DNA of 64,000 bases from an uncultured delta proteobacterium (GTDB lineage Bacteria; Desulfobacterota; Desulfobacteria; Desulfobacterales; UBA2156), in NCBI GenBank assembly GCA_963736855.1, contig CAVTQK010000009.1:416001-480000 (forward strand), read 5' to 3'. The stretch's first letter is position 1. Every line of letters starts with the position of its first letter. Position numbers and translations under genes: made by a program. Of this stretch, positions 31,276 through 42,535 are shown in pieces. The notes beneath the pieces are model-generated. The model did no database searches. It saw only the letters and a program-made list of their open reading frames with translations, and was not told the origin of the DNA.

Positions 31276-31623
31276 TCGACATCTTGATGCGACATCTGCA
31301 CTTTTTCAGTGCCGGAAGCTTTTCGAGTTTTTTTCCCTTGTCTTTAAAAGCTCAGTCGGCGAATTCCCCCTCTTACAATAGGATTCGCGAGCGAATCCGG
31401 ATGGTACCAAAATTTATAACCGTCGAGAATTCCCTACTATCAAAACAGTTATCTTTAATTTTTAGCAGATCCGATCTTTGTGTTCAAGAAAAAGAGGGTT
31501 GGGCCAATTTGCCGGATTTGTATGTTGTTTTTATAGCCAAAGTACACTATGGATAACTTGGAATAGAAAGGCCATTTGACCGTAAACCCTCTGATAACCG
31601 CAGAAAAAGCCTCTGGCAGGTTC

Positions 31624-32712
31624 ATGGCATTTGAAATTCTCCGGAGACCGACCCGACAGATCTCGGTGGGTAATGTAAAAATCGGTGGGGATGCGCTGAT
31701 CTCGGTGCAATCCATGACCAACACACCCACCCAGAACATCCGGGCCACCGTATCTCAGATTCGGCGCCTCGAAAAGGCAGGATGTGAAATCGTCCGTGTA
31801 GCCGTACCCGACATGGATGCGGCAAAAGCCATTTCCGCCATTAAGAAAAAAATTACGATCCCGGTGATTGCGGATATCCATTTCGATTTCCGGCTCGCTC
31901 TGGCCGCTGCCGAAGCCGGAGCCGACGGGTTGCGAATCAATCCCGGAAATATCGGGGGTAAAAAGAAAGTCAAATCCGTCGTCGATTGCGCAAAAGACAG
32001 GGGAACTCCTATCCGTATCGGCATCAATTCGGGATCCCTCGAAAAGGACATCATCCGTAAATACCAGGGAGTCACCCCGGAAGGAATGGTAGAAAGTGCC
32101 ATGCGGCACATCCAGATGTTCAAAGAGTTTGACTTTGAGAACATGAAGGTCTCCTTGAAAGCCTCCGATGTGCCCAGAACCATTGCTGCGTACCGCCTCC
32201 TTTCTGCCAAGAGCGACCTGCCGCTTCATATCGGCATCACGGAAGCGGGCTCTCTGTATCCTGGAATTGTTAAATCGGCCATCGGCATCGGGATGCTCTT
32301 GGCCGAGGGCATCGGCGATACCCTTCGAGTCTCTTTAACCCGGGATCCGGTGGAAGAAGTGCGGGTGGGTTATGAGATTTTAAAGGCCTTGAATCTTAGG
32401 CGACATGGGCCTGAAATCATCTCCTGTCCCACCTGCGGTCGCTGTGACATCGATCTGTTTCGCATCGTCGAGCAGGTGGAAAAGGCCCTGATCCGGAGTT
32501 CCGTTCCTGTCAAGCTGGCCATCATGGGGTGCGTCGTCAACGGCCCTGGAGAAGCCCGGGAAGCCGACATCGGCATAGCCGGCGGCAAGGGCACGGGTGT
32601 GCTCTTCAGAAAGGGAAAAGTGATCAAGAAAATTCCGAAAGAACGCCTGGTGACGATCTTGCTGGAAGAGGTCCGGCGGTTTGAAAGGGGAAGAGAGGAT
32701 AAAACAGCATGA
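31624..32712 (+). CDS. ispG: HMBPP synthase
   Basis: VQSMT, ADIHFD, RINPGN, SCPTCGR, MGCVVNGPGE; start inferred. Confidence 0.97.
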   Translation: MAFEILRRPTRQISVGNVKIGGDALISVQSMTNTPTQNIRATVSQIRRLEKAGCEIVRVAVPDMDAAKAISAIKKKITIPVIADIHFDFRLALAAAEAGADGLRINPGNIGGKKKVKSVVDCAKDRGTPIRIGINSGSLEKDIIRKYQGVTPEGMVESAMRHIQMFKEFDFENMKVSLKASDVPRTIAAYRLLSAKSDLPLHIGITEAGSLYPGIVKSAIGIGMLLAEGIGDTLRVSLTRDPVEEVRVGYEILKALNLRRHGPEIISCPTCGRCDIDLFRIVEQVEKALIRSSVPVKLAIMGCVVNGPGEAREADIGIAGGKGTGVLFRKGKVIKKIPKERLVTILLEEVRRFERGREDKTA

Positions 32713-34229
32713 CAAAGCGTGGAGAGACGGCGATTTCCCCCACTCGAGAAGAAGATTATTCGGAGTGGTACCAACAGGTGATCAAGGCTTCCGATCTTGC
32801 CGAAAGATCGGCCGTTCGGGGGTGCATGGTCATCAAACCCTGGGGATACGCCTTGTGGGAAAACATCGTAGATGCCCTGGATGCCATGTTCAAGGCCACC
32901 GGAGTCCAAAATGCCTATTTCCCCCTGTTTATCCCCCTGTCCTTTTTAAAAAAAGAGGCCGAGCACGTGGAAGGATTTGCTAAGGAATGCGCCGTGGTAA
33001 CCCATCATCGCCTGGAAAAAGCACCGGACGGTAGCTTAGTTCCTGCAGGTCTGCTGCAGGAACCCCTGGTGATCCGGCCCACATCGGAGACGATCATCGC
33101 GGATTCTTTTTCACGATGGGTTTCCAGTTATCGAGATCTTCCCATCCTCATCAACCAGTGGGCCAACGTGGTTCGCTGGGAGCTGAGAACCCGTATCTTT
33201 TTAAGGACCAGTGAATTCTTATGGCAGGAAGGACATACCGTTCACGCCAAGTCGGAAGAAGCTGTAGAGAGGGCTCTTTTGATGCTCGATATCTACGCCC
33301 GGCTTGCTGAAGAATACCTGGCCATGCCGGTGATCAAAGGCCGAAAGACAGCCTCGGAACGGTTTCCGGGTGCTGTGGACACCTTTTCCATCGAATCGAT
33401 AATGCAGGATCGGAAGGCTTTGCAGGCGGGGACCTCCCACTTTTTAGGACAAAATTTTTCGAAAGCATCCGGAATCAAGTTCCAGAACACCGACGAGAAA
33501 GAAGAATTCGCATGGACAACATCCTGGGGATCGTCTACCCGGATGATCGGCGGCCTCATCATGACACACGGGGATGACGACGGGATCATCCTTCCGCCCC
33601 GGGTGGCTTCGGCCCACGCGGTGCTGCTCCCTATTTATCGGTCTCTCGAAGAAAAAACCGATGTCATGACTTATGCCGAGAGCCTTGCAAAGGAACTCAG
33701 AGGCATCCGCTACCACGATGCTCCGCTTCGCGTGCTGATCGACGATCGGGAGACCGGCGGGATCCGGAATTGGATATGGATCAAAAAGGGGATCCCCTTG
33801 AGGGTCGAAATCGGGCCTAGGGATATCTCCCAAAACGCCGTCTACCTGGGAAGACGCGACAAAAGGAGCAGCGATAAAATTTCCATCAAGCGGGATGCCT
33901 TTGTGGGGAGCATCACCCAGTTACTCGATGAAATTCAGAAAAATCTTTTTGAACGGGCCCTGAGCTACCGCAACGCCCACACCATAACCCTGGATGATCG
34001 AGACGGTTTTTATGCGTTTTTCACACCGAAAAACGCTGATCAGCCGGAGATACACGGTGGGTTCGCTCTTTCCCATTGGTGCGGTTCTCAGGATTGTGAA
34101 TCCAAACTAAAGGAAGATCTGGGTGTGACCATTCGATGCGTTCCCTTCGAAAACGCACCTCAGAACGGTTCATGCATCGGCTGCGGGAGATCCAGCAGCG
34201 AACGGGTCGTCTTTGCCAAGGCCTACTGA
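32709..34229 (+). CDS. proS: Proline--tRNA ligase, archaeal/eukaryotic type
   Basis: EHVEGF..E, RPTSET, NQWANVVRWE, EFLWQEGHT, C-terminal FAKAY; no INS editing domain. Confidence 0.95.
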   Translation: MTKRGETAISPTREEDYSEWYQQVIKASDLAERSAVRGCMVIKPWGYALWENIVDALDAMFKATGVQNAYFPLFIPLSFLKKEAEHVEGFAKECAVVTHHRLEKAPDGSLVPAGLLQEPLVIRPTSETIIADSFSRWVSSYRDLPILINQWANVVRWELRTRIFLRTSEFLWQEGHTVHAKSEEAVERALLMLDIYARLAEEYLAMPVIKGRKTASERFPGAVDTFSIESIMQDRKALQAGTSHFLGQNFSKASGIKFQNTDEKEEFAWTTSWGSSTRMIGGLIMTHGDDDGIILPPRVASAHAVLLPIYRSLEEKTDVMTYAESLAKELRGIRYHDAPLRVLIDDRETGGIRNWIWIKKGIPLRVEIGPRDISQNAVYLGRRDKRSSDKISIKRDAFVGSITQLLDEIQKNLFERALSYRNAHTITLDDRDGFYAFFTPKNADQPEIHGGFALSHWCGSQDCESKLKEDLGVTIRCVPFENAPQNGSCIGCGRSSSERVVFAKAY

Positions 34230-34281
34230 CCGGATCCGGTGAACTTTGTCCTTAAAATAACGCCATAGATTTCCGATCCAT

Positions 34282-36429
34282 ATGATTCGGATCAACGACA
34301 TCATCGATAAGGTCCTTGAAGTCAATCCCGATGCCGATATCGACATCATCAACCAGGCATACATCTATTCCGCCCGGGTGCATCAAGGCCAGGTGCGTCT
34401 ATCCGGCGAACCTTACCTGACCCATCCCCTGGAAGTTGCGGGGATCCTGGCGGATATGAATCTTGACAGCGTCAGCATTGCGGCCGGTCTCCTTCATGAC
34501 GTGATCGAGGACGCGGAAGAGACCCGGGTCACCCCGAAAGATCTGGAGGCTATGTTCGGAAAAGAGGTGGCCCAAATCGTATCCGGCGTGACCAAGCTCA
34601 GCATCCTCCCTTTCAGCAGTGCACAGGCCAGACAGGCGGAAAGCATCCGGAAGATGATTTTAGCCATGGCCGACGATATCCGGGTGATCCTGATCAAACT
34701 GGCCGATCGCCTTCATAACATGCGGACCCTTCAATACCATAAGATCAATAAACGAAAGGAGATCGCCCAGGAAACACTCGATATCTACTCCCCCATATCC
34801 GGACGTCTCGGGATCTACTGGATTAAGAAGGAATTGGACGAAATCGCCTTCATTAACCTTAATTACGGCGAGTACTCCAAGATTCAAAGCCGTCTCAATA
34901 AAGGGCGCCGGGAGTCTGAAAAATACATCGAAACGGTCAAGACGCTTCTCAAAAAGAGGATGGAAGAATCTGGCTTGAAATGTGAGATTCTGGGAAGGTA
35001 TAAACATATTTACAGCATCTATCAAAAAATGGTCAGTCAAAAGCTCTCCTTCGAAGATATCTACGACGTCATCGCTTTCAGAATTATCCTTTCCACCATC
35101 CCCCAGTGTTATGAGGCTCTCGGAATCCTGCATTCCTTGTGGAAACCCATAGCGACGAAATTCAAGGATTACATTGCCGTCCCCAAACCCAACATGTACC
35201 AGTCCCTTCACACCACCGTCATCGGCCCCTATGGTGAACGGGTGGAAATCCAGATCCGGACCTGGGAAATGGACAAGGTGGCTAAATCCGGAATTGCAGC
35301 TCACTGGAGTTACAAGGAAGGGGAAAAAATCGATGAAAAAATCCTCAGGCGCTTCTCGTGGATTCAAAATCTTGTCGAAAACCAGGAAAATATCATGGAT
35401 CCGGATGAATTTTTAGAGAATGTCCGCATCGACCTCTTCCCCGACGAGATCTATGTCTTTACACCACAGGGGGAAATCAAATCCCTGCCCAAAGGCGCCA
35501 CACCCATCGATTTTGCTTATGTGATCCACTCCGAGGTAGGGGACCAGTGCACAGGCGCCAAAGTGAACGGCCGGATGGTCCCCCTGAAACATGAGCTGGA
35601 AACCGGGAACATCGTCGAGATCATCACCACCAAGGGACATTACCCCAGCAAGGACTGGCTCAATTTCGCCAAAACCGTCAAAGCCAAGACAAAAATCCGG
35701 CAATGGATCAAGTCACAGGAGAAGGAGCGCAGCCTCTCTTTAGGCCGGGAAATGTGTGAAAAGGTTTTTCGGAAATTCCGTCTTAATTTCGCCGAGCAGA
35801 GCAAGTCGCCGGTCATGGAAACGGTGGCGGCGGAATTCGGATTCAAGTCCCTGGAGGATCTGATCGCCAGCGTGGGATACGGAAAGATCACTCCCCTTCA
35901 GGTAGTCCGGAAATTCCTCCCCAAACCTGAGGTGGAAGAAGACTCTATCTTGACCAAGGTCACCGAGAAAGGAGATAGAAAGAAACCCAAAGGGGGTGTA
36001 ATCGTCAGAGGCGTCGATGATATCCTGGTTCGGTTTGCAAAATGCTGCCGCCCGGTGAGAGGGGATGCCATCACCGGTTATATCACGAGAGGATACGGAG
36101 TCGCGGTCCACCGCACCAACTGCATCAACGCCCTCAAGATGAACCCGGAACGCCAGATCGATGTCGAGTGGAATCCGGAAATCACCGAAACCTTTCCGGT
36201 TAAAATCCGGGTACGGTCTTTGGACCGTGTGGGTCTTCTAGCCGATCTTGCCGCCAACATCAGCAAGAACGCCGCAAATATTTTAAGTGCCAAAACCGAG
36301 ACCAAAGATGATGCAACGGTAACCAGTTTCTTTACCATCACCGTGGACAGTACCACGCACCTGGAACGGGTTATTGCAGATATTCGAAAGATTAAGAACG
36401 TTCAGGAAGTCACCCGCATCGATCATTAG
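34282..36429 (+). CDS. rel: Bifunctional (p)ppGpp synthetase/hydrolase (long RSH)
   Basis: HD hydrolase (LLHDVIED), [17 protein letters not shown] and ACT domains. Confidence 0.95.
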   Translation: MIRINDIIDKVLEVNPDADIDIINQAYIYSARVHQGQVRLSGEPYLTHPLEVAGILADMNLDSVSIAAGLLHDVIEDAEETRVTPKDLEAMFGKEVAQIVSGVTKLSILPFSSAQARQAESIRKMILAMADDIRVILIKLADRLHNMRTLQYHKINKRKEIAQETLDIYSPISGRLGIYWIKKELDEIAFINLNYGEYSKIQSRLNKGRRESEKYIETVKTLLKKRMEESGLKCEILGRYKHIYSIYQKMVSQKLSFEDIYDVIAFRIILSTIPQCYEALGILHSLWKPIATKFKDYIAVPKPNMYQSLHTTVIGPYGERVEIQIRTWEMDKVAKSGIAAHWSYKEGEKIDEKILRRFSWIQNLVENQENIMDPDEFLENVRIDLFPDEIYVFTPQGEIKSLPKGATPIDFAYVIHSEVGDQCTGAKVNGRMVPLKHELETGNIVEIITTKGHYPSKDWLNFAKTVKAKTKIRQWIKSQEKERSLSLGREMCEKVFRKFRLNFAEQSKSPVMETVAAEFGFKSLEDLIASVGYGKITPLQVVRKFLPKPEVEEDSILTKVTEKGDRKKPKGGVIVRGVDDILVRFAKCCRPVRGDAITGYITRGYGVAVHRTNCINALKMNPERQIDVEWNPEITETFPVKIRVRSLDRVGLLADLAANISKNAANILSAKTETKDDATVTSFFTITVDSTTHLERVIADIRKIKNVQEVTRIDH

Positions 36430-36617
36430 GCGACTTTAACCACACGACCCGATTTGATGCATTGGGTACAAACAACCATGCGCCTCACTTCACCTTTTTT
36501 GATAGTCCGAACTCTTTGAAGATTTGGGTTGAATCTCCGTTTGGTGACGTTGTGCGCATGGCTGATATTGCTTCCCACCATGGGTCGTTTCCCGCATATT
36601 TCACAAATCCGTGACAT
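36426..36617 (-). CDS. rpmB: 50S ribosomal protein L28 (Zn-binding form)
   Basis: CEICGK..SHA..TKRRF.PNLQ..CTQC. Confidence 0.96.
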   Translation of the reverse strand: MSRICEICGKRPMVGSNISHAHNVTKRRFNPNLQRVRTIKKGEVRRMVVCTQCIKSGRVVKVA

Positions 36618-36760
36618 TTTATCTCTCCTATGGATTTCTCAATGAATCCTATATCTAAAAATTTGATTTTATATCCGATTCAATATTGAAAGTAAAGGAA
36701 TTTTTACAAGGAAAGGCGCCGGCCGGATACAATCCCGGATAGAAGCGGCTGCAAAAAAAA

Positions 36761-37405
36761 TCACTTTTTGGCCATGACCGCATCACAGCGCTCAACGTAA
36801 TCGATGGCCTGTCGGTGCACCCCCACATCGGGATGAAGCATCAAGATGTTCATAAAGCGCTGTTTGGCGGCTTCGTAGTGTTGGGACTTGAAATAAAAAA
36901 GGCCGATGTAAAATTCATGCCCTGCCATGCTCTCGTGGCATTTCTTGATATGAGTCCGAGCTTTTTGGGCATATGGGTCTTCAGGAAATTGTCGGGTAAG
37001 TCGTTCAAATGTTTCCAAGGCTTTTTTTGCCGGGGTTTGATCCCGGTCAATGGTTTCCAGTTGATCGAAGTGGCACCTACCAATCTGATAGATCACGTAT
37101 GGAACCGCTTCATTTTGCGGATGGAGGGCCTCAAACTCTTCGTATGTAAATACGGCCTCTTCATATTCCTCCAGCTCATAATGGGCGTCCGCCTTTTTTA
37201 ACTCGGCCAGAATTGCGTACTTGGAAAACGGGTACCAACTCTTGAGTTTATCGAAAAGTTCGATGCTTTTTTTATAATTTCCGCTTGAAAACGCATCCAT
37301 CCCATCGCTAGCCAATTCCGGGGCGGTTTTTTCCTCCTTGGACTGAAAATAGGAGCATCCGGATACGAAAAAGAAAACAAATATTAAAATAAGCAAACGT
37401 TTCAT
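36761..37405 (-). CDS. bamD: Outer membrane assembly lipoprotein BamD
   Basis: Lipobox VSGC, YPFSKYA, DRDQ, HEFYIG.FY. Confidence 0.9.
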   Translation of the reverse strand: MKRLLILIFVFFFVSGCSYFQSKEEKTAPELASDGMDAFSSGNYKKSIELFDKLKSWYPFSKYAILAELKKADAHYELEEYEEAVFTYEEFEALHPQNEAVPYVIYQIGRCHFDQLETIDRDQTPAKKALETFERLTRQFPEDPYAQKARTHIKKCHESMAGHEFYIGLFYFKSQHYEAAKQRFMNILMLHPDVGVHRQAIDYVERCDAVMAKK

Positions 37406-37500
37406 TTCCAGTCGTCACACCCTTCCTAAACCCCGGCGGCGAGCCTGGAAAGCCCGCCACCGAAAATCCGATTGAAAGCGACTGTTGACACGAGATTGAA

Positions 37501-37836
37501 TCAGGCAAGGACCTTATTGATGGTATCTTCGAGTCTGGACTTGGCAACCATTCCCGTCACTTGTTCCACGACATTCCCCCCTTTGAAAAAAATAAGGGTG
37601 GGTATGGCCCGAATCCCATACTTTCCAGGAGTCGCCGGATTGTCATCCACGTTGCACTTGGCAAACTTGATCCGATTACCGAAAGCGCTGGACAATTCTT
37701 CCACGATGGGTGAAATAGCCCGGCACGGACCGCACCAGGGAGCCCAAAAGTCCACCAGCACGGGTTGGTTGGCTTGTAGAACCTCTTTTTCAAAACTGGT
37801 ATCACTGACTTCCATCACGCCTTGAGCCATGTCCAT
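37501..37836 (-). CDS. trxA: Thioredoxin
   Basis: WAPWCGPC, IPTL. Confidence 0.96.
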   Translation of the reverse strand: MDMAQGVMEVSDTSFEKEVLQANQPVLVDFWAPWCGPCRAISPIVEELSSAFGNRIKFAKCNVDDNPATPGKYGIRAIPTLIFFKGGNVVEQVTGMVAKSRLEDTINKVLA

Positions 37837-37866
37837 TCATCCTTTCCTAAAATTTATCAATTTTTT

Positions 37867-37895
37867 ATTATAAAAAACAGGCTCCTTCTTGTCAA
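37867..37895 (-). promoter_or_regulatory. Consensus sigma70 promoter of trxA
   Basis: Exact TTGACA-17 bp-TATAAT on the minus strand about 30 nt upstream of the start. Confidence 0.85.
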
Positions 37896-38001
37896 TATGC
37901 TTTCATCACCGTGTGTTAGCCAAGCGAAAATGTCCCCTTCAACTATCATGCGACAATGCTCCCTCAGGGAGAAACAGATCTTAAAGGGGAGAATCGATTT
38001 G

Positions 38002-38458
38002 ATGCAAAAGGAGATTCACCGTGTGCGTATCTTTGAGCGGGTAAAGCAAAGCAGGGGGCGGTATCGTTTGCGCAAGGTGTCCAGCTGATGGGCTTTTATT
38101 ACCATAAGGTCAGGAGGATGCCCGGGCGATCCTGGCATCGAGGGGTCGGTGGGCTGGTACACCGCAACCGTAAAGACGCTCCTCAAAATCGCCTGGATCC
38201 CACTCTTGAAGGCTGGCTCCTTGAGCTTTACGGCCGCATCCCCAGTGTTTTCGACAATTTCCACTTCATGGAAATATTCCCCGCCAAGAGGGGATCGGAA
38301 TTAGCAGAAAAACATACCGCAATCGGGTTCTATAAAAACGAATAAACCCCCCATTTATCACCGCCTACGGCATCTGTCAGGAATGCGATAGTGTTGACGA
38401 GGGTCAGGCCCCGCCACAGCTTCTTGCTTGCGGGGCCGTTCCCGAAAAATTTAAGTGA
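38002..38458 (+). pseudogene. Probable heavily decayed Fur/PerR-family regulator
   Basis: Fragments in different frames: LRKVSS, ADG, YHKVRR, GLVHRN, GF, ITAYGICQEC, in Fur order. Confidence 0.45.
38407..38437. terminator. GC-rich hairpin, possible terminator for the gene at 38488-38820
   Basis: GGCCCCGC/GCGGGGCC arms; no clear U-tract. Confidence 0.35.
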
Positions 38459-38487
38459 ATCGATTGAGCAAAATCGAAAAGGACCGT

Positions 38488-38820
38488 TCAGTGTTGCCCG
38501 GTGCCCCGCCCGAAGATGTCCCGGCCGGCCAGCGGATTATAAAGCTTGGTGATGGCAAACTTCATGACATCCAGGCTTTTCATGTCTGTGATGATCTTCC
38601 AGAGCAGTTCATCGGCTTTTTCCGGCAGCACACAGGCCTGGGTTGCATCAAAGCTCAGTCCGGGGTACCCTTTTTCCAGTTTTTTTTGATCCTTTTTGGT
38701 CATCTCAACCTGGACCGCCTTCTTGCCGCTGATCTCCTTGATCCGGTCAGACAAACCCAATCCCTGAAGTTTTTGAATCCGTTCATCATTCAGAAAAACA
38801 TTGATGTACGCATCGGCCAT
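38488..38820 (-). CDS. Conserved hypothetical protein (DUF6955-like)
   Basis: GGAGGTGA RBS, MADAYINVFL..KLYNPLAG; family assignment from memory. Confidence 0.75.
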   Translation of the reverse strand: MADAYINVFLNDERIQKLQGLGLSDRIKEISGKKAVQVEMTKKDQKKLEKGYPGLSFDATQACVLPEKADELLWKIITDMKSLDVMKFAITKLYNPLAGRDIFGRGTGQH

Positions 38821-39057
38821 TCGATCACCTCCATTTAAGCGGTTATCAGTAATAGGCATTCCGCATGCCTTTAGAATGCCTCGACTTGATTTCAATGTCA
38901 GCCAGATAACACGGGCAATGGGGGAGATCAAGACCCAAAATGACCCCGAACATCCCTTTTCTCCCTTTTTTGAAAACCCATTAATCTTTTAAATAAAGCG
39001 TATCCATGATATGGAGTCGGTATCAGGCCATTTCAAAAAGGTTTAAAAGACCTTCTA

Positions 39058-40041
39058 ATGAATCCCGCATACTTGGCTTCCTGGAAATCAGGTTCGTTTT
39101 TGAGGACCCTCGAAGGGGTTCTTGACCGCTTTTCGCCCTGCCGATTGTGTCCCCGGCAATGTAATGCTGCCCGCACAGACGGAGAGGCGGGCCTGTGCGG
39201 TCAGGCGAGCCTGCCCCGGGTGGCTCGGGCGTTGCCGCACTTCGGGGAAGAACCGCCGTTGACAGGCCGTTTCGGTGCCGGAGCCGTTTTTTTCAGCGGT
39301 TGTGCTTTGCGCTGTGTATATTGCCAAAACCATCAGATCAGCCAGGAAAACCTGGGAGAGGAAATCAACACCAAAGATCTGGCCGACCTTTTCTTGGAAT
39401 TGCAGGCAAAGGGTTGCCATAACCTGGATCTCGTGTCCCCCACGCCCCACCTGCCGTTCATTTTTCAGGCGCTGGCAATAGCCATTCCCAGAAGGCTTCA
39501 GATTCCCATTGCTTACAACACACACGGATTCCTGACTTCAGATGTGATTGACCTTTTGAGCGGCATTGTGGACATTTATCTTCCGGACATGAAATACGGG
39601 TCCGAAGAGTCCGCAAAGACTTTTTCCATGGCCCCAGGATACGTGGCCGTCAATCGGTCGGCAGTGGAACAGATTTATCACCAGGCAGGTCCCCTCGATA
39701 TCGGGCCGGATGGAATCGCCCAAAAGGGGCTTCTGGTACGGCATCTGGTCCTGCCGAATCATGCATTTGAAACAGCACGGGTTCTTGAGGCATTAAGCCG
39801 GATATCCACCCGGATCCCGGTCAGCCTAATGGCTCAGTATCGGCCCTGCCACCGGGCAGGCAGGCATCCGGTTCTTAACCGACCCATTACCGATATAGAA
39901 TACCAACAGGCCTTGGAATCGGCTCAGGAACTGGGGTTTGAAACACTTTTTATCCAGAGTCTGGAGAGTTCTGATATTTACTTCCCGGATTTTGATCGAA
40001 AAGATCCTTTTTCTCATCCCGATCCGGCCGTTTTTCCCTGA
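39058..40041 (+). CDS. PflX-like radical SAM protein
   Basis: CRLCPRQC, HFGEEPP, CALRCVYCQN, DIYLPDMKY, RHLVLP. Confidence 0.9.
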   Translation: MNPAYLASWKSGSFLRTLEGVLDRFSPCRLCPRQCNAARTDGEAGLCGQASLPRVARALPHFGEEPPLTGRFGAGAVFFSGCALRCVYCQNHQISQENLGEEINTKDLADLFLELQAKGCHNLDLVSPTPHLPFIFQALAIAIPRRLQIPIAYNTHGFLTSDVIDLLSGIVDIYLPDMKYGSEESAKTFSMAPGYVAVNRSAVEQIYHQAGPLDIGPDGIAQKGLLVRHLVLPNHAFETARVLEALSRISTRIPVSLMAQYRPCHRAGRHPVLNRPITDIEYQQALESAQELGFETLFIQSLESSDIYFPDFDRKDPFSHPDPAVFP

Positions 40042-40047
40042 GGCAGG

Positions 40048-41229
40048 ATGCCCCCATTGGTCAAAGAATTGCTCTTTGCAGCATGCGCTCCCGGATTGGA
40101 GCCTTTTGTTTCAGGGGAATTGGAAACACTCGGACTGATCCGCCAAAGTGAATCGGAATCCCATGAAACACCACCCCCGGAACAATCCGATCTTGAAGAA
40201 AGCGGCGGCATCCCCTTTTCGGGAACCTTGGAGGATATCTACCGGGCAAACCTTGCGCTTCGATGCGCCAGTCGCGTCTTGGTCCGTATGCCCTCGTTCC
40301 GTGCCGCCGCCTTTCCGGAGTTAAGGCGAAAAGCCTCTCGGCTTCCCTGGGAAAGCTATTTTTCAAGGGGTCATTCCGTGGCTTTTCGGGTCACATGTCA
40401 CAAATCCCGTCTGTATCACGGAGAAGCTGTGGCGGAACGAGTTTCTGCGGCCATCCAGGATCGTCTGGGCTTTCCGATTCCCAGGATAAAATGGAACGAA
40501 GGGGCGAGCAAAGACGGCCTGCAGCTGATACTCATCCGACTGGTGCATGACGCATGCACCATCAGTGTTGACGCTTCCGGGCCCTTGCTGCACCGAAGAG
40601 GGTACCGCTTAGCCACCGTCAAGGCGCCTCTTCGGGAGACGCTTGCCTGCAGTATGCTCTTTGCTTCCCGATGGGATAAGACCGCCCCACTCATGGATCC
40701 GTTCTGCGGCTCCGGAACCCTTCCTATAGAAGCGGCCCTATGGTCCCGGGGGATTGCACCTGGCCATTTTCGGCGCTTTTCATTCATGAACTGGCCCGGT
40801 TTTGATCCCCAAAAAATCCAAGTCCTCCTGAAATCTTTAGAAAAACATCCTATAGGGCCGCCGCCGATGATATTGGCCTCGGATCGGGACAAGGGTGCTG
40901 TTCGTGCGGCCCGGGAAAATGCCGAACGCTGCGGTATGTTGGATTTCATCCGGTTTTCAGAACTGCCAATATCCGCCATCGAAGCGCCGAAAGACCCGGG
41001 CTGGGTGGTTTCCAATCCCCCTTTTGGGATCCGGATCGGTCAACGAAACGATTTGAGAAACCTCTTTGCTCAACTGGGAAAGACTCTGAGAGTAAGATGT
41101 CCCGGATGGAAGGTCACACTGCTGTGCTTAAATCAGGAGTGGATCCGATATGCCGGGCTGATCTTTGATTCCGGAATACCGGTGCTTCACGGCGGCAGGC
41201 GTGTCTGGATCTTTCGGACTAGGGTTTAG
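40048..41229 (+). CDS. THUMP-domain RNA methyltransferase (RlmL/YpsC-like)
   Basis: LHRRGYR, APLRETLA, DPFCGSGT, SNPPFG. Confidence 0.9.
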   Translation: MPPLVKELLFAACAPGLEPFVSGELETLGLIRQSESESHETPPPEQSDLEESGGIPFSGTLEDIYRANLALRCASRVLVRMPSFRAAAFPELRRKASRLPWESYFSRGHSVAFRVTCHKSRLYHGEAVAERVSAAIQDRLGFPIPRIKWNEGASKDGLQLILIRLVHDACTISVDASGPLLHRRGYRLATVKAPLRETLACSMLFASRWDKTAPLMDPFCGSGTLPIEAALWSRGIAPGHFRRFSFMNWPGFDPQKIQVLLKSLEKHPIGPPPMILASDRDKGAVRAARENAERCGMLDFIRFSELPISAIEAPKDPGWVVSNPPFGIRIGQRNDLRNLFAQLGKTLRVRCPGWKVTLLCLNQEWIRYAGLIFDSGIPVLHGGRRVWIFRTRV

Positions 41230-42407
41230 CCTGGCTTCCGGTTCACTCGAAAAAGGAGCGTGCTTGCCATGGCCGCAGAGAACAGGAAACAAATTCCCAT
41301 GGCATGAAAGACCACGTGCAGTCCGAAGTGATCCGCAAGGTAACCGGACACCGCCGCTGCTGTGGATCCGATCCCAAAAGTGACAAAAAAGTGGATCCCA
41401 TACCCCAGGCCATGTCGGTGACGGGGCAAATAGGTGGATAGAAGGTAATTCTGGATGGGCTGAGTGGAAAAATAAAAAAAGGCATACATCACCGCGGAAA
41501 GGACGAGGATCCAATTCCTTGAAATCGCCATCAGGAAAACAAATACCGTTCCGATTAGGATCGCTCCGAGATAGAGCCGTTCGGCCTGGATACGGTCCAC
41601 ACCACGGCCGGCAAAGTATTGACCCAGGGCCCCTGACATAAGAGCGATGGTAGCCATGGTCCCACCCAGGGCCACCTTTCCGACCTTGAGTCCTCCGATA
41701 TGAATGCTTTCTCCCATATAGACCGGAAGAAAGGTCATGATTCCTTTATATGTCAACCCGAGGGCCATGGCGGAAAGGAAAAAAACGACCAGATTCACAT
41801 AGGAAATAGAAGGGGATTCTTTTGTGCCTGAGTTTTTTTCAGCTTTTTCCTTTATCGCCGGGCGCCTGGGGATGGTGAGAGAATAGAATCCTGTGAGAAT
41901 ACCGATGAATCCATAGAGAACATGAGGTGACCTCCAACCCAGGGCGGTTCCGATCCAGGCGGAAAGCAAGGGGACCGAGGCGACCCCCAAACTTCCGGCG
42001 ATCCCATGGATGCCGAAAGCTTTTCCTTTCTCTTTTATTCCTAGCGAGATGAGGGTATTGGATGCCGGATGATAAGTGCTGCAGAAAAAGCCCATCCCCC
42101 CCATGAGCACGCCATAACTCATGAGGGAGCCGATGGGCCATACCCCTATCGCTAAACTGCCCGCTCCGAAGAGATACAAAGTAATCAGCCTTCGGGGGCC
42201 GATTTGGTCCGCCAGATATCCGGAAGGCAGAGAGCCGATCCCGAAAGCGTAAGAAAATACGGTCACGACAAGGCCCAAGTGGAAATAATCGGTACCGAAC
42301 TCCGTCATGAGCATTGGGATCAGCGGTGGAAGGACTCCCTCAAAAAGATGGACCAGGGAATGGGATGCCGTGGTCAAACCAATAATCCGTTTTTCTTCTT
42401 TATTCAA
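41226..42407 (-). CDS. MFS transporter
   Basis: GYLADQIGPRR motif A, about 12 hydrophobic segments. Confidence 0.9.
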   Translation of the reverse strand: MNKEEKRIIGLTTASHSLVHLFEGVLPPLIPMLMTEFGTDYFHLGLVVTVFSYAFGIGSLPSGYLADQIGPRRLITLYLFGAGSLAIGVWPIGSLMSYGVLMGGMGFFCSTYHPASNTLISLGIKEKGKAFGIHGIAGSLGVASVPLLSAWIGTALGWRSPHVLYGFIGILTGFYSLTIPRRPAIKEKAEKNSGTKESPSISYVNLVVFFLSAMALGLTYKGIMTFLPVYMGESIHIGGLKVGKVALGGTMATIALMSGALGQYFAGRGVDRIQAERLYLGAILIGTVFVFLMAISRNWILVLSAVMYAFFYFSTQPIQNYLLSTYLPRHRHGLGYGIHFFVTFGIGSTAAAVSGYLADHFGLHVVFHAMGICFLFSAAMASTLLFRVNRKPG

Positions 42408-42535
42408 TCGATGATCCTTCCGAAATCCCAGCGGCGTCTCATCCGATTGGCCCCGTTTTGAAAAGTCGTTTGATTCGACAAGCGCCTTGAGTACCCGTAA
42501 TAAATATGTCTGTCAAATTGAATTCCGGGATCCGG

